DNA of 64,000 nt from an uncultured Veillonellaceae bacterium (GCA_963805085.1 CAWDTA010000005.1:1-64000); one strand, 5' to 3'; shown: positions 42,699 through 53,012, numbered from the stretch's first letter. Program-made: numbers and translations. Notes: generated by a model from the sequence alone, not told the origin.

Positions 42699-42798
42699 AT
42701 TATTAGAGATGGGAATCAAACCTAGGAGGCTGGATTATTTAAAGTTAGATTGGAAATATTTAACAGAAAAAGGCTCAACTAGCTGCTAGTTGAGCCTT
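42699..42798 (+). repeat. 3' stub of the 107-aa ORF with hairpin
   Basis: TTATTAGAGATGGGAATCAAACCTAGG...AAGGCTCAACTAGCTGCTAGTTGAGCCTT. Confidence 0.85.
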
Positions 42799-42929
42799 AA
42801 AGATTTGTTATACCATAAAATAAAAATATTCGATTTCTAAAACCTGTTAAGAAAAGCGTTGATTTTCCATAGCAGGTTTTGATGCCTCTAAATAAAAGTA
42901 TAAAATGAGTAAGAATTTTTTGCTTTATC

Positions 42930-43024
42930 GTTTAAAAATCCAAGTTAAAAGAATGTATATAAGTGAGAGCTGATACCCGGGACAAATATAATAATTAAAT
43001 AAAAGGTCTTCGGCTATATTAGTT
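42930..43024 (+). promoter_or_regulatory. Conserved promoter plus 5'-leader hairpin module
   Basis: GTTTAAAAATC-N10-GAATGTATATAA then GCTGATA...TATTAGT stem. Confidence 0.6.
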
Positions 43025-43209
43025 TTCCAAAATTTACATTAATTTTATGGAGGAATTTGCATGGCTTACAACTCAAGGATCGACCTATTCTAAAACAATG
43101 GGATCGGCTGGCGGCGGAGCAACAACAATATGTCGCCATACTATGCATTAGCTTACATTATGTGTAAGTGCATAGAAATATGAATATTATAATTAAGGAG
43201 GCTTTTAAA

Positions 43210-44814
43210 ATGAGTAAAAAGTATAAAGTAAATGAAAGAACTAAAGTATATTTTATAGGTGCTGGACTTGCTTCCATGTCAGGAGCCTTATTTTTAACTA
43301 GAGATGCTAGAGTGAAAGGAAAAGATATAACAATTTTTGAGGAACTTAATATTGATGGTGGTAGCTGTGATGGATCTGGAGATGCTGAAAATGGATATAT
43401 GATAAGAGGAGGTAGAATGATTAATTATGAACATTATACTGCTATCTTAGATATGTTAAATTCAGTATCTTCTTTGACGGATCCTCAAACAACAGTTAGA
43501 GATGAAATATATAAATTTAGTAATGAAACAAAAACATGTGCACATGCACGGTTAATTGGGAGAGCCCATAATATATTGGATGTTAGTTCATTAGGTTTCA
43601 ATAATAATGATAGAGTTGCTATGGTGAAATTAATGCTTGCTGATGAAGACGAACTTGCCCCAGTTAGAATTGATCAATTATTCTCGCCTCATTTCTTTGA
43701 AACCAATTTCTGGTATATGTGGGCAACAACATTTGCTTTTCAACCTTGGCATAGTGCTTTCGAATTTAAAAGATATGCGCATGCATTTGTAAATGAAATG
43801 CCTCGTATAAATACGCTAAGTGGTGTCCATAGGACTCCTTATAATCAATATGATTCAATTATATTACCAATGCAAAAGCATCTGGAAAAGTTAGGTGTTA
43901 AATTCCAAAACAACGCTAAAGTAGTTGATATTGATTTTAAAGAAGAAAACGGAGAAATGACTGCTAAAGCAATTCATATACTTAGAAATAATAATGAAGA
44001 AGTTATTCAGATCAATGATAATGATCTTGTTTTTATTACAAATGGTACTATGACTGAAAATTCGACTATTGGTGCTATGAACCAGCCTGCTTCTGCTCCA
44101 ACAAAAGAAGGAAATGGATGTTGGGCTTTATGGGAAAAATTAGCTGTTGTAACGCCTGAATTTGGTAACCCAGCTCCGTTTTGTAATAACATTTCTGAAT
44201 CAGTATGGCAATCATTTACAGTAACTTTAAAAGATAAAAAATTCTTAAAGAAATATGTTGAATACTCAAGTAATAAACCTGGAACAGGGGCTTTAATGAC
44301 ATTTAAAGATTCAGGATGGTTTATGAGTATAGTAGTTCCAAAACAACCTCACTTTATCAACCAACCAGAAGATGTTGAAGTATTTTGGGGATATGCACTT
44401 CATCCTGAAAAGCCAGGAGACTATATTAAGAAGCCAATGCTTGAATGTACAGGAGAAGAAATATTCAAAGAACTTTGCTATCAACTTGGATGGATTGATG
44501 AAGTTGATGAATTTATCAAAACAACGATATGTTTACCTTGCATAATGCCATATATTACAGCGCACTTTATGACTCGTAATAAAACAGATCGTCCATTAGT
44601 TATTCCAAAATGCTCAACCAATTTAGCATTCATAGGACAATATGTAGAGTTACCTGATGTTGTATCCTTCACTATGGAGATGTCTGTACGCACAGCTCAA
44701 GAGGCTGTTTATACATTCTACGACCTACATGATACTAAGGCTATTCCACCTTTCTATAAAGGTGAAACAGATATAAGAGTTCTTCTTGGTGCTGCAGCAG
44801 CAATGATGAGTTAG
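43210..44814 (+). CDS. ohyA: Oleate hydratase (MCRA family)
   Basis: IGAGLAS FAD motif, GYMIRGGRM, FWYMWATTFAFQPWHSAFE, YNQYDS. Confidence 0.88.
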   Translation: MSKKYKVNERTKVYFIGAGLASMSGALFLTRDARVKGKDITIFEELNIDGGSCDGSGDAENGYMIRGGRMINYEHYTAILDMLNSVSSLTDPQTTVRDEIYKFSNETKTCAHARLIGRAHNILDVSSLGFNNNDRVAMVKLMLADEDELAPVRIDQLFSPHFFETNFWYMWATTFAFQPWHSAFEFKRYAHAFVNEMPRINTLSGVHRTPYNQYDSIILPMQKHLEKLGVKFQNNAKVVDIDFKEENGEMTAKAIHILRNNNEEVIQINDNDLVFITNGTMTENSTIGAMNQPASAPTKEGNGCWALWEKLAVVTPEFGNPAPFCNNISESVWQSFTVTLKDKKFLKKYVEYSSNKPGTGALMTFKDSGWFMSIVVPKQPHFINQPEDVEVFWGYALHPEKPGDYIKKPMLECTGEEIFKELCYQLGWIDEVDEFIKTTICLPCIMPYITAHFMTRNKTDRPLVIPKCSTNLAFIGQYVELPDVVSFTMEMSVRTAQEAVYTFYDLHDTKAIPPFYKGETDIRVLLGAAAAMMS

Positions 44815-44825
44815 TCAAGCTCCCA

Positions 44826-44890
44826 TAAAAAGCTTCCTGACAGGTAAAATTTAAAATTTAAAATTTTTTACCTGTTAGGAAGCTTTTTTC
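44826..44890 (+). terminator. Intrinsic terminator
   Basis: AAAAAGCTTCCTGACAGGTAAAA...TTTTACCTGTTAGGAAGCTTTTTT. Confidence 0.75.
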
Positions 44891-44963
44891 ATTCGAAGAG
44901 TATAGAGACATTACCTATGCGAGACTAGACAAGGAGCAGTTCAATACCTGCCAGTTGAGCTTT
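44888..44963 (+). repeat. Internally deleted stub of the 107-aa ORF and hairpin
   Basis: TTCATTCGAAGAGTATAGAGACATTACCTATGCG...AGACAAGG joined to AGCAGTTCA...CTGCCAGTTGAGC. Confidence 0.8.
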
Positions 44964-45241
44964 AAAACATAACAATTAAAATCACGCTGTTTGTGTAGTT
45001 CTTAAAATCGATCATCTCCAAAGTTTTGTTATTTTAATCGCCGACTATAATGGGAGCATATCAATGCTGGCGAGACCTCATATATTAATATAATTTCAAT
45101 AAAAAAAGATTTATATGGGATAAGTGGTTGTTTTTTCCTTTTCTAATGAATGTATATAAATAGAGCCGATATACAAGTTATTGTAAATGGAAATCACTGG
45201 CATACCGAACTGTTCAAAATTATTATTAAGGGTAATTGTTT

Positions 45242-45423
45242 ATGAGTACGAGTACAATGTCTTATTCCACGGCGGACTGCTTCGCACCGGAACGAATCAA
45301 AAATTAGAGATTAGCAATATTAATCGCGCGGACTTCCTCATCCAGGGCGTAGTTAACGGCAGTTATGGTGATTACGTGAAAATTTCCTGGGATCTGGGCG
45401 TCTCATCCACAATTATAAATAAT
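45242..45423 (+). pseudogene. GH62 remnant (first ~7 codons joined to the last ~50)
   Basis: ATGAGTACGAGTACA then HGGLLRTGTNQKLEISNINRADFLIQG; paralog of 37600-38529. Confidence 0.85.
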
Positions 45424-45550
45424 ATATCTTTCACTATACAAATATCGAAAAATCTGTACCGATATACGGGAAACACACAATTAAGGTAAATAGAAGAGTT
45501 CTTTGGATATATCGGTTTTAAAAAGTATCAAAAATTGAGGAGAAAATCTG

Positions 45551-46744
45551 ATGAAAACAGTGTCCAGTTCAACAAATTTCACGACATCGACAAGTGATGC
45601 CAATATAAATTTAACGTCTACCCAACAAATTATCAGAGGATTCGGGGCGGCTAGTGTGTGGTGCGGAGCTCTTAGCGATGCACAAATGAATACACTTTTC
45701 ACGGATATGGGACTTAGTCTTTTACGGATACGAATTGCGCCCAATGAGAACTGGAGTGGTGGTAACTATAGCGCTTGGGCTGATGAACTTGCCAATGCAA
45801 AAAAGGCTAAAGCTAGAGGAGCTAACGTGTTTGCCACTCCATGGACGCCTCCAGCTTCCATGAAAAGCAATAGCTCTACTATCGGCGGATATCTGAAATC
45901 TTCATCTTATTCCAGTTATGCGAATTACTTAAAGAGTTTTGCGAGTTACCTTTCTAATAATGGTGCCTCACTTTATGCCATTTCGCTTCAGAATGAGCCA
46001 GATTGGGATCCTGATTATGAAGGATGTACTTGGACAGCTTCTCAATTTTGTGATTTCATCAAGAGTTACGGTTCTATCGTTGCCAGCGCTACCAAAATGA
46101 TTATGCCAGAGTCATTGAATTTTAACCATTCCATGTCGGATCCAACTCTTAAGGATTCTACTGCGGCTTCTTATGTGTCGATTATTGGAGGACATCTTTA
46201 CGGAGGAACAATTCAGGATTACACTTTGGCTCGCACAAAAGGAAAAGAATTATGGATGACCGAACACCTGCTCAATGATCAATCATTAAGCGCCTGCCTG
46301 ACTACAGCCGAAGAGATTCATGACTGTATGACCGTCGCCAACATGAATGCTTATGTTTGGTGGTGGGTCATCAGTGACGCCAATGGTTTTTTTAGTAAGA
46401 CGACCGGTGCTGTTCAAAAGCGCGGATATGTAGTGGGCCAATTCGCCAAATTCGTCCGTCCAGGTTACTACCGTGTTACTGCCACTTCCAATCCCCAGAC
46501 CGGTGTATATGTATCTGCCTACAAGGGTGACGGAAAAGCGGTCATTGTTGCCATTAATCAGGGGACTTCAGGAGTCGCTCAAAGTTTTGTGTTTTCGAAT
46601 GGGTCAGTATCCACAATGTCGAGGTATGTTACCGACTCCAGTCAAAACATCGCCACTTGCACATCATTATCTGTATCAAACGGTTCCTACTGGGCATGGC
46701 TGCCGGCACAAAGTGTGACTACCTTTGTCGGCAATCTTAATTGA
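45551..46744 (+). CDS. GH30_8 glucuronoxylanase, no signal peptide
   Basis: IRGFGAAS, FATPWTPPASMK, QNEPD, WMTEH, AYVWWW. Confidence 0.88.
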   Translation: MKTVSSSTNFTTSTSDANINLTSTQQIIRGFGAASVWCGALSDAQMNTLFTDMGLSLLRIRIAPNENWSGGNYSAWADELANAKKAKARGANVFATPWTPPASMKSNSSTIGGYLKSSSYSSYANYLKSFASYLSNNGASLYAISLQNEPDWDPDYEGCTWTASQFCDFIKSYGSIVASATKMIMPESLNFNHSMSDPTLKDSTAASYVSIIGGHLYGGTIQDYTLARTKGKELWMTEHLLNDQSLSACLTTAEEIHDCMTVANMNAYVWWWVISDANGFFSKTTGAVQKRGYVVGQFAKFVRPGYYRVTATSNPQTGVYVSAYKGDGKAVIVAINQGTSGVAQSFVFSNGSVSTMSRYVTDSSQNIATCTSLSVSNGSYWAWLPAQSVTTFVGNLN

Positions 46745-46849
46745 AACTATAACATCAAGTCCAATCGAACTCAAAGTCGGAGCAAGAGGTTTCCTTAAAA
46801 AATCGTAAACAGCTTGAATATTGTTACCGATATGAGAGAGGTGAAACTT

Positions 46850-47391
46850 ATGACTATTAAATTAGAAAAGAAATCAAGCTCTTCAGTCAACGAATTAATG
46901 ATTAATTCAGCCGCTGAAGTAGAAAATGCTAACGTTTCGAAATCTATTGCCTTGTCAGCAAATAGTAGTTATAAAATTCCTGTTTTGTGTTATCACACCA
47001 TTGTTACAACTACAACAGGAACTTACCAAACAGGCTTGACAAGTTAAATGTAATCAAAATATTGAAATCTAGAGGACTGATTGATGGTATCGGCTGTCAA
47101 TCTCACGGTCTCGAAAATGTAAATGTCGCAAATGTTAAGTCAAAACTGGATAGACTTGCAGCTACAGGGTTATCAGTGTATATTTCAGAATTAGATCTCA
47201 ATATCGCAGATGATACTACCCAGAAAAATAAGATGCAGGAACTTTTTCCTGTAGTCTATGAACATTCTGCAGTAAAAGGTGTTACCTTATGGGGTTATGT
47301 ACAAGGCCATACATGGGTTACAAATAGTTATCTGTTGCGTAGTAACGGTACAGAAAGGCCTGCTCTTACTTGGCTGAAGCAGTATAAATAA
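46850..47391 (+). pseudogene. Fused remnants: CE4 5' end joined to GH10 3' end
   Basis: Near-identical to 38771-38965, then jumps at about 47047 to the equivalent of 41186-41523. Confidence 0.88.
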
Positions 47392-47399
47392 AAGCTTTT

Positions 47400-47585
47400 T
47401 CTAATGCTACACACGTTGAGTGTGAGAATATGACCAACGGTAGACCATATGCAGGAAATGGAACTACTCCTTCAGTACAAAGCTTAAACGTTTCCTTAGG
47501 TGAAGGGACTCAGCAAGTTAAGCTTCAGGTGGATGATGATACAGGGGCTTGGGATGCCTTTGTAGATTATTATCAAGTAAATTAA
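47400..47585 (+). pseudogene. Internally deleted CBM36-like fragment
   Basis: ATHVECENMT...GTTPSVQSLNV...VKLQVDDDTGAWDAFVDYY. Confidence 0.6.
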
Positions 47586-47705
47586 GTTAATCCATTATTC
47601 AAAAATAACAAGCAATAGATACAGTTACTATTGAAAGTAGCTGTATCTACTGAATTATGAAAATCTAGGTGTAGACAAAAATCAATTAGAAGTGGAGGTA
47701 AAACT

Positions 47706-49061
47706 ATGAATAAAGTATATAAGGTACTAAGTCTTTCGTTTGTTTTTGCTCTGTTTTTTTCAACAATGTGTCATGCGGATAACCCAATTGTACAAACTAT
47801 TTACACCGCTGATCCTGCACCTATGGTATATAATGGTACTTGTTATGTATACACTGGACATGACGAAGATGGCTCAACATACTACACCATGAATGAATGG
47901 CGATGCTATTCCTCAACGGACATGGTAAACTGGACAGATTGTGGTTCACCACTAGCCTACACTGCATTTAGTTGGGCAAAAGGCGATGCATGGGCCGGTC
48001 AGTGTATTCCTAGAAATGGTAAATTTTATTACTATGTTCCTATGACCCAAAAAACTGGTGGGATGGCAATAGGTGTTGCAGTATCGAACAGCCCCACCGG
48101 ACCGTTTACTGACGCTCTTGGATATCCGTTAGTTTCTACTGGCACTGGTGATATTGACCCCACAGTATTTATCGACGATGATGGGCAGGCCTATCTATAT
48201 TGGGGAAACCCCAACCTCCATTATGTAAAGTTAAATCAAGATATGATTTCCTATTCAGGAAGCATTGTAGAGGTACCTCTAACTACAGCGGGGTTTGGGG
48301 TACGTACCGGGGATTCTAAAAGGGCGACTTTATATGAAGAGGGTCCGTGGTTTTATAAGCGTAATAAAATATACTACATGGTATATGCAGCTGGAGGTAT
48401 ACCTGAATATATTTGTTATTCCACAAGCACCAGTCCTACTGGACCATGGACCTATAGGGGTGTAATCATGCCTACTCAAGGTGGCAGCTTTACAAACCAT
48501 CCAGGAGTAATCGACTTTAAAGGAAATTCCTACTTCTTCTATCATAATGGCGCTTTACCTGGGGGCGGAGGCTTCACCCGCTCGGTATGCATAGAAAAAT
48601 TTAAATATAATGCCGATGGTACATTCCCTACGATAAATATGACCACAACGGGTGTGCCTAGTGTCGGCAATCTAAATCCATATGTTACAACCGAGGCTGA
48701 AACAATTTGCTGGCAATCAGGTGTTGAAACAGAAAAATGCAGTGAAGGCGGAATGAATGTAGGCTATATCGAAAACGGGGACTGGATAAAGGTAAAGGGT
48801 GTTAATTTTGGTTCTGGCGCAGCATCCTTTGATGCAAGAGTAGCCTCAGCAACCAATGGTGGAAACTTTGAACTCCGCCTTGACAGCCCGACAGGGACTT
48901 TGGTTGGGACTTGTCCTGTTCAGGGTACTGGCGGTTGGCAGTCTTGGGTTACTAAGTCTTGTAATGTAAGCGGTGCAACAGGAGTGCATGACTTGTACTT
49001 GAAATTTACTGGCGGAAGTGGTTATTTGTTTAATTTGAACTGGTGGAAGTTTAATAACTGA
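47706..49061 (+). CDS. GH43 xylosidase/arabinofuranosidase with C-terminal CBM6
   Basis: Signal peptide; YTADPAP, AWAGQC, IDPTVF, YEEGPW; CBM6 IENGDW...DLYLKF. Confidence 0.9.
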   Translation: MNKVYKVLSLSFVFALFFSTMCHADNPIVQTIYTADPAPMVYNGTCYVYTGHDEDGSTYYTMNEWRCYSSTDMVNWTDCGSPLAYTAFSWAKGDAWAGQCIPRNGKFYYYVPMTQKTGGMAIGVAVSNSPTGPFTDALGYPLVSTGTGDIDPTVFIDDDGQAYLYWGNPNLHYVKLNQDMISYSGSIVEVPLTTAGFGVRTGDSKRATLYEEGPWFYKRNKIYYMVYAAGGIPEYICYSTSTSPTGPWTYRGVIMPTQGGSFTNHPGVIDFKGNSYFFYHNGALPGGGGFTRSVCIEKFKYNADGTFPTINMTTTGVPSVGNLNPYVTTEAETICWQSGVETEKCSEGGMNVGYIENGDWIKVKGVNFGSGAASFDARVASATNGGNFELRLDSPTGTLVGTCPVQGTGGWQSWVTKSCNVSGATGVHDLYLKFTGGSGYLFNLNWWKFNN

Positions 49062-49142
49062 AGTGTAATTTTCACACAAATGCGACTCTGTTTTTGTATC
49101 TCGAAGTTTAATTCATGAAAATTGGAAGGAGAGTAGATTATA

Positions 49143-50519
49143 TTGAAAATAGCAAAGAAATTGTTAATTATGCTTGTATTCTGTGTATTAGTTTCTATTT
49201 CAGGCACTGTCACTGTATTTGCAGATTACCCCTTATTTTACCAGAGATATACAGCCGATCCATCTGGCTTGGAGTATAATGGAAGATTATATTTGTATTG
49301 TTCCCATGATGTATACGATCCCAATAACCCGGGTTATATCATGAATGATATTACTTGTATCTCTACTGATGACTTAAAGAATTGGACCGACCATGGTGAA
49401 GTTTTCAAAGCGTCTGGCTGGGCTAATCTATCATGGGCTCCAGTTGTTGTTAATAGAAATAATAAATTCTATATGTATTATGGAAATGGTGCCAGCGGTA
49501 TAGGTGTTGCAGTGAGCAACAGTCCTGCAGGTCCATTTACGGATTCACTTGGAAAAGCATTGGTAAATGGTAGTACCCCCGGTGTAAACGCCCCTAGTGG
49601 TTTTTGGTGCTTTGATCCAGGTGTTTTTGTTGATGATGATGGGCAAGCGCATTTGTATTTTGGAGGAAATGGTGAGGGAAATACACGAGTAATCAAACTC
49701 GGCAGCGATATGATAAGTGTTGTCGGTTCAGCATCGCAGATTGTTGCTCCACGTTTTTTTGAAGATTCATGGATTCACAAATATAATGGGAAATATTACT
49801 ACTCCTATTCTACCGATTTCTCCCAAGGGGCTGCTGCGATAGACTATATGGTGAGTGACAAACCAATGACCGGATTCCAGTACAAAGGTACTGTATTGCC
49901 AAATCCTCCTTCAAATGACGGTAATAATAACCACCATTCAATATTTACATTCAAAGGAAATTGGTATATTGCTTATCATAACAGAGCTCTTGCCATCCAA
50001 AATGGTATTACCGATACGAATGCAAGAGTATACCAAAGAAGTGTTTGCCTAGATCGTTTGTATTATAATACGGATGGTACCATGCAGCAGGTTAAGTGTA
50101 CAACTGACGGCCTGTCCCAGCTTAAGTATGTAAATCCTTATACAACAAATGAAGCTGAAACAATGGACCAAGAATATGGTATCAATACAGAAGCATGTGG
50201 TGAAGGCGGTCGTGATGTAGCCTATATAGAAAACAATGATTGGATAAAAATAAAAGGTGTTAATTTTAGTTCTAATACAGCATCCTTTGATGCAAGAGTA
50301 GCTTCAGCAACCAATGGTGGAAATATTGAGCTTCGTCTTGATAGCCCCACAGGAACGTTAGTAGGAACTTGTGCTGTTCAGGGTACTGGCGGCTGGCAGT
50401 CTTGGGTTACTAAGTCTTGTAATGTAAGCGGTGCAACAGGAGTACATGACTTGTACTTAAAATTTACTGGCGGAAGCGGTTATTTGTTTAATCTGAACTG
50501 GTGGAAGTTTAGCAAGTAG
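49143..50519 (+). CDS. GH43 arabinofuranosidase with C-terminal CBM6
   Basis: Signal peptide (TTG start); YTADPS, SWAP, FDPGVF, FFEDSW; CBM6 nearly identical to that of the preceding gene. Confidence 0.9.
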   Translation: MKIAKKLLIMLVFCVLVSISGTVTVFADYPLFYQRYTADPSGLEYNGRLYLYCSHDVYDPNNPGYIMNDITCISTDDLKNWTDHGEVFKASGWANLSWAPVVVNRNNKFYMYYGNGASGIGVAVSNSPAGPFTDSLGKALVNGSTPGVNAPSGFWCFDPGVFVDDDGQAHLYFGGNGEGNTRVIKLGSDMISVVGSASQIVAPRFFEDSWIHKYNGKYYYSYSTDFSQGAAAIDYMVSDKPMTGFQYKGTVLPNPPSNDGNNNHHSIFTFKGNWYIAYHNRALAIQNGITDTNARVYQRSVCLDRLYYNTDGTMQQVKCTTDGLSQLKYVNPYTTNEAETMDQEYGINTEACGEGGRDVAYIENNDWIKIKGVNFSSNTASFDARVASATNGGNIELRLDSPTGTLVGTCAVQGTGGWQSWVTKSCNVSGATGVHDLYLKFTGGSGYLFNLNWWKFSK

Positions 50520-50606
50520 TTTTATCCCCCTTTCAATACCAGTAGCAAGGCTGCCTGCCTTGTCTACTGTATTGAAAGGGATTTATTATACAAGGAGGTA
50601 AGAGTT

Positions 50607-51427
50607 GTGTTAAAGAGTGTGTTGCCCGTGCCTGCCCTATCATTAACTTTAAATAACAACCTGGCTAAAACACCACCGATGGGGTGGAACAGTTGGAACA
50701 TTTTTCAGGGAAACATTAGTGAAAATCAAATCAAACAGATTGCTGATACAATGGTAAGTTCGGGAATGAAGGATGCAGGTTACGTATATCTAAACCTCGA
50801 CGATAACTGGATGGCAAATCCGGCACGTGATGCCAATGGGAACCTAAAGGCTGATCCTAAGCGTTTCTCGAGCGGTATGAAGGCTTTAGCAGATTATGTA
50901 CATTCCAAGGGTCTTAAGCTCGGAATATATGGATGCCGTGGGACTATGACATATATGGGTATTCCTCAAAGCGGAAGCCATGGGTATGAACAGAAGGATG
51001 CAAACACATTTGCTTCATGGGGTATTGATTATTTAAAATACGACAACTGGATGTACCTAATAGCTCCACTACCGACGGAACCCAGTTGATCCAGTGGGGA
51101 TATAGTGGAGGAAATAACCAAAGGTGGATCATTTCCCAAAACAGTGATGGCACATACAAGCTTAATAGTGCAAGCAGCGGAAAAATGGTGGACCTAGCTG
51201 ATAATTCATATAATGATGGTGCTAAAATTGATCAATGGGGTAACAACGGAAAGGATAATCAGAAGTGGTCAATCCTTAGTGTTGGCAACGGGGATTATAA
51301 GATAATAAATAAAGTTACGGGAAAAGCTCTGGTAGTTGAGGATGCATCAGCTGCCGATGGTGCTAAAATTACACAGTGGCAATATAATGCTTCACAAAAC
51401 GATCAATGGCAGATTGTTACCCCGTAA
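50607..51427 (+). pseudogene. GH27 N-terminal fragment joined out of frame to a ricin-type (CBM13) fragment
   Basis: TPPMGWNSWN, LNLDDNW, IDYLKYDN, then QW...NQRW/NQKW/DQWQ repeats in another frame. Confidence 0.8.
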
Positions 51428-51562
51428 TATTTCAACTGGAGTATGTCAAGCAACAGGTGGATCAACAAGTAACCTTGATGTAACTAATATAAATAATGGA
51501 GACTGGATTGCTGTAGGAAACGCTGACCTCGGTACCAAGGGGGCTAAGACGTTTACAGCAAA
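51428..51562 (+). pseudogene. CBM6 fragment (XynD-like)
   Basis: CQATGGSTSNLDVTNINNGDWIAVGNADLG...AKTFTAN. Confidence 0.6.
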
Positions 51563-51693
51563 TAGTACCTTAAGTTAAAAAATGACTTAAAATCCATGGT
51601 AAACAACCTATTATTCAAAAATAAGAAGTAATAGATTTGATTACTAATAGTAGTAACCAAATCAATAAAAAAATGTAACGAAGGTTTATAAAC

Positions 51694-52584
51694 ATGTTAA
51701 ATACGAGTAAAAGTAAGACTAAATGAATTGGAAATATATGGTACGACGGGAATGCACCTACTCACTTTGCTGACTATTGGAATCAGATAACCCCTGAAAA
51801 TGCCACTAAGTGGGCGTCATGTGAACCATAGCGGAGTGTATACAATTTCAATACAGCCAAAACAATGTACAATTACTGTAAGTCCAATGGAATGCCTTTC
51901 AAGTTCCATACATTAATCTGGGGAGGACAGTATCCAGATTGGGTAAACAATCTCTCCTCTGCAAATAGAAAAATAGAAGTTGAAAATTGGATTAAAAACG
52001 CTGGATCAAACTTTCCTAAGGCAGTTTTTGTTGATGTTGTAAACGAAGCTATGCCAGGGCATAATCCGCCTAGTTGGAAAAATGACATCGGTGGTGACAA
52101 CGGTCTTTATGGCACTGGTTGGGATTGGGTAGTGTGGTCATTTGAAAAAGCCCGCAAATATTTCCCGAATTCTAAGTTATTGATCAATGACTATAATGTT
52201 CTTTCAGATTACGGCAGCTGTATTGATACCTATATCACTGTAATCAATATATTGAAATCCAGAGGCCTAATTGACGGTATCGGCTGTCAATCCCACGGCC
52301 TTGAAACTGTAAATGTCGCAAATGTTAAGGCAAAACTGGATAGACTTGCAGCTACAGGGGTATCAGTGTATATTTCAGAATTAGATCTCAATATCGCAGA
52401 TGATACTACCCAGAAAAATAAGATGCAGGAACTTTTTCCTGTACTCTATGAACATTCTGCAGTAAAAGGCGTTACCTTATGGGGTTATATACAAGGCCAT
52501 ACATGGGTTACAAATAGTTATCTGTTGCGTAGTAACGGTACAAAAAGGCCTGCGCTTACTTGGCTGAAGCAGTATAAAAGCTAG
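51694..52584 (+). pseudogene. GH10 xylanase pseudogene (paralog of 40641-41534)
   Basis: Nonsense changes TGG>TGA (51724) and CAG>TAG (51829); RBS GGAGG>GAAGG. Confidence 0.9.
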
Positions 52585-52887
52585 TGCATGAGGAGAAAAG
52601 TGACAGGAAGAGAAATTTCGAAAAACTTATCTGATTTTGGTGTTTCATTTGCCCCACAATCATTTGTATATATTGATCGATTTTAGCCGCTTGCCAATTA
52701 GGTGGGCGGCTTTATTTAGTGACAAGAGGTGATAAAATACGAGCATAACAGAATGAGTTATAGAGCAGTACATAAAAAATACTGATGCAGAAATAAATTT
52801 TTTCATGGGATAAAAAGTATAGGACAAGTATCTAAAGATCATAAGAAATTTGAAAAGAGTTGTGAATATCTTATTTTGTCCTAGTCC

Positions 52888-52980
52888 ATTTAAAAAATCA
52901 ATTTTAATGAATGTATATAATTAGAAGCTAGTATACAAGAAAAAAATAATGAAAGGAGTTCTCTGAAATATTGGCTTCTA
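52888..52980 (+). promoter_or_regulatory. Conserved promoter plus 5'-leader hairpin module
   Basis: ATTTAAAAAATC...GAATGTATATAA then 13-bp stem TAGAAGCTAGTAT/ATATTGGCTTCTA. Confidence 0.6.
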
Positions 52981-53012
52981 AAAACCAAATAATTAAAATA
53001 GGAGGTAAAATT

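Noticed and set aside
37522-46832. GCCGATAT/ACCGATAT boxes as sigma28 promoters implying flagellar export of xylanases
   Set aside because: The sequence is the 5' arm of a stem and varies with compensation in other copies (GCTGATA, GCTAGTAT); TAAA spacing is mostly wrong. Only the site before CE4 (TAAA-16-ACCGATAT, about 38727-38754) fits well, which is too little on its own.
35423-51831. In-frame TGA/TAG codons as selenocysteine, pyrrolysine or recoding
   Set aside because: In GH10 they are single transitions relative to the intact paralog (TGG>TGA, CAG>TAG) with a degraded RBS; the methyltransferase-like gene is also 5'-truncated. Ordinary pseudogenisation.
41688-52842. Duplicated 60-aa minus-strand ORFs (41688-41870, 52660-52842) as small toxins
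   Set aside because: Their similarity is explained by the operon duplication; no clear RBS; the + strand there looks like a decayed gene start.
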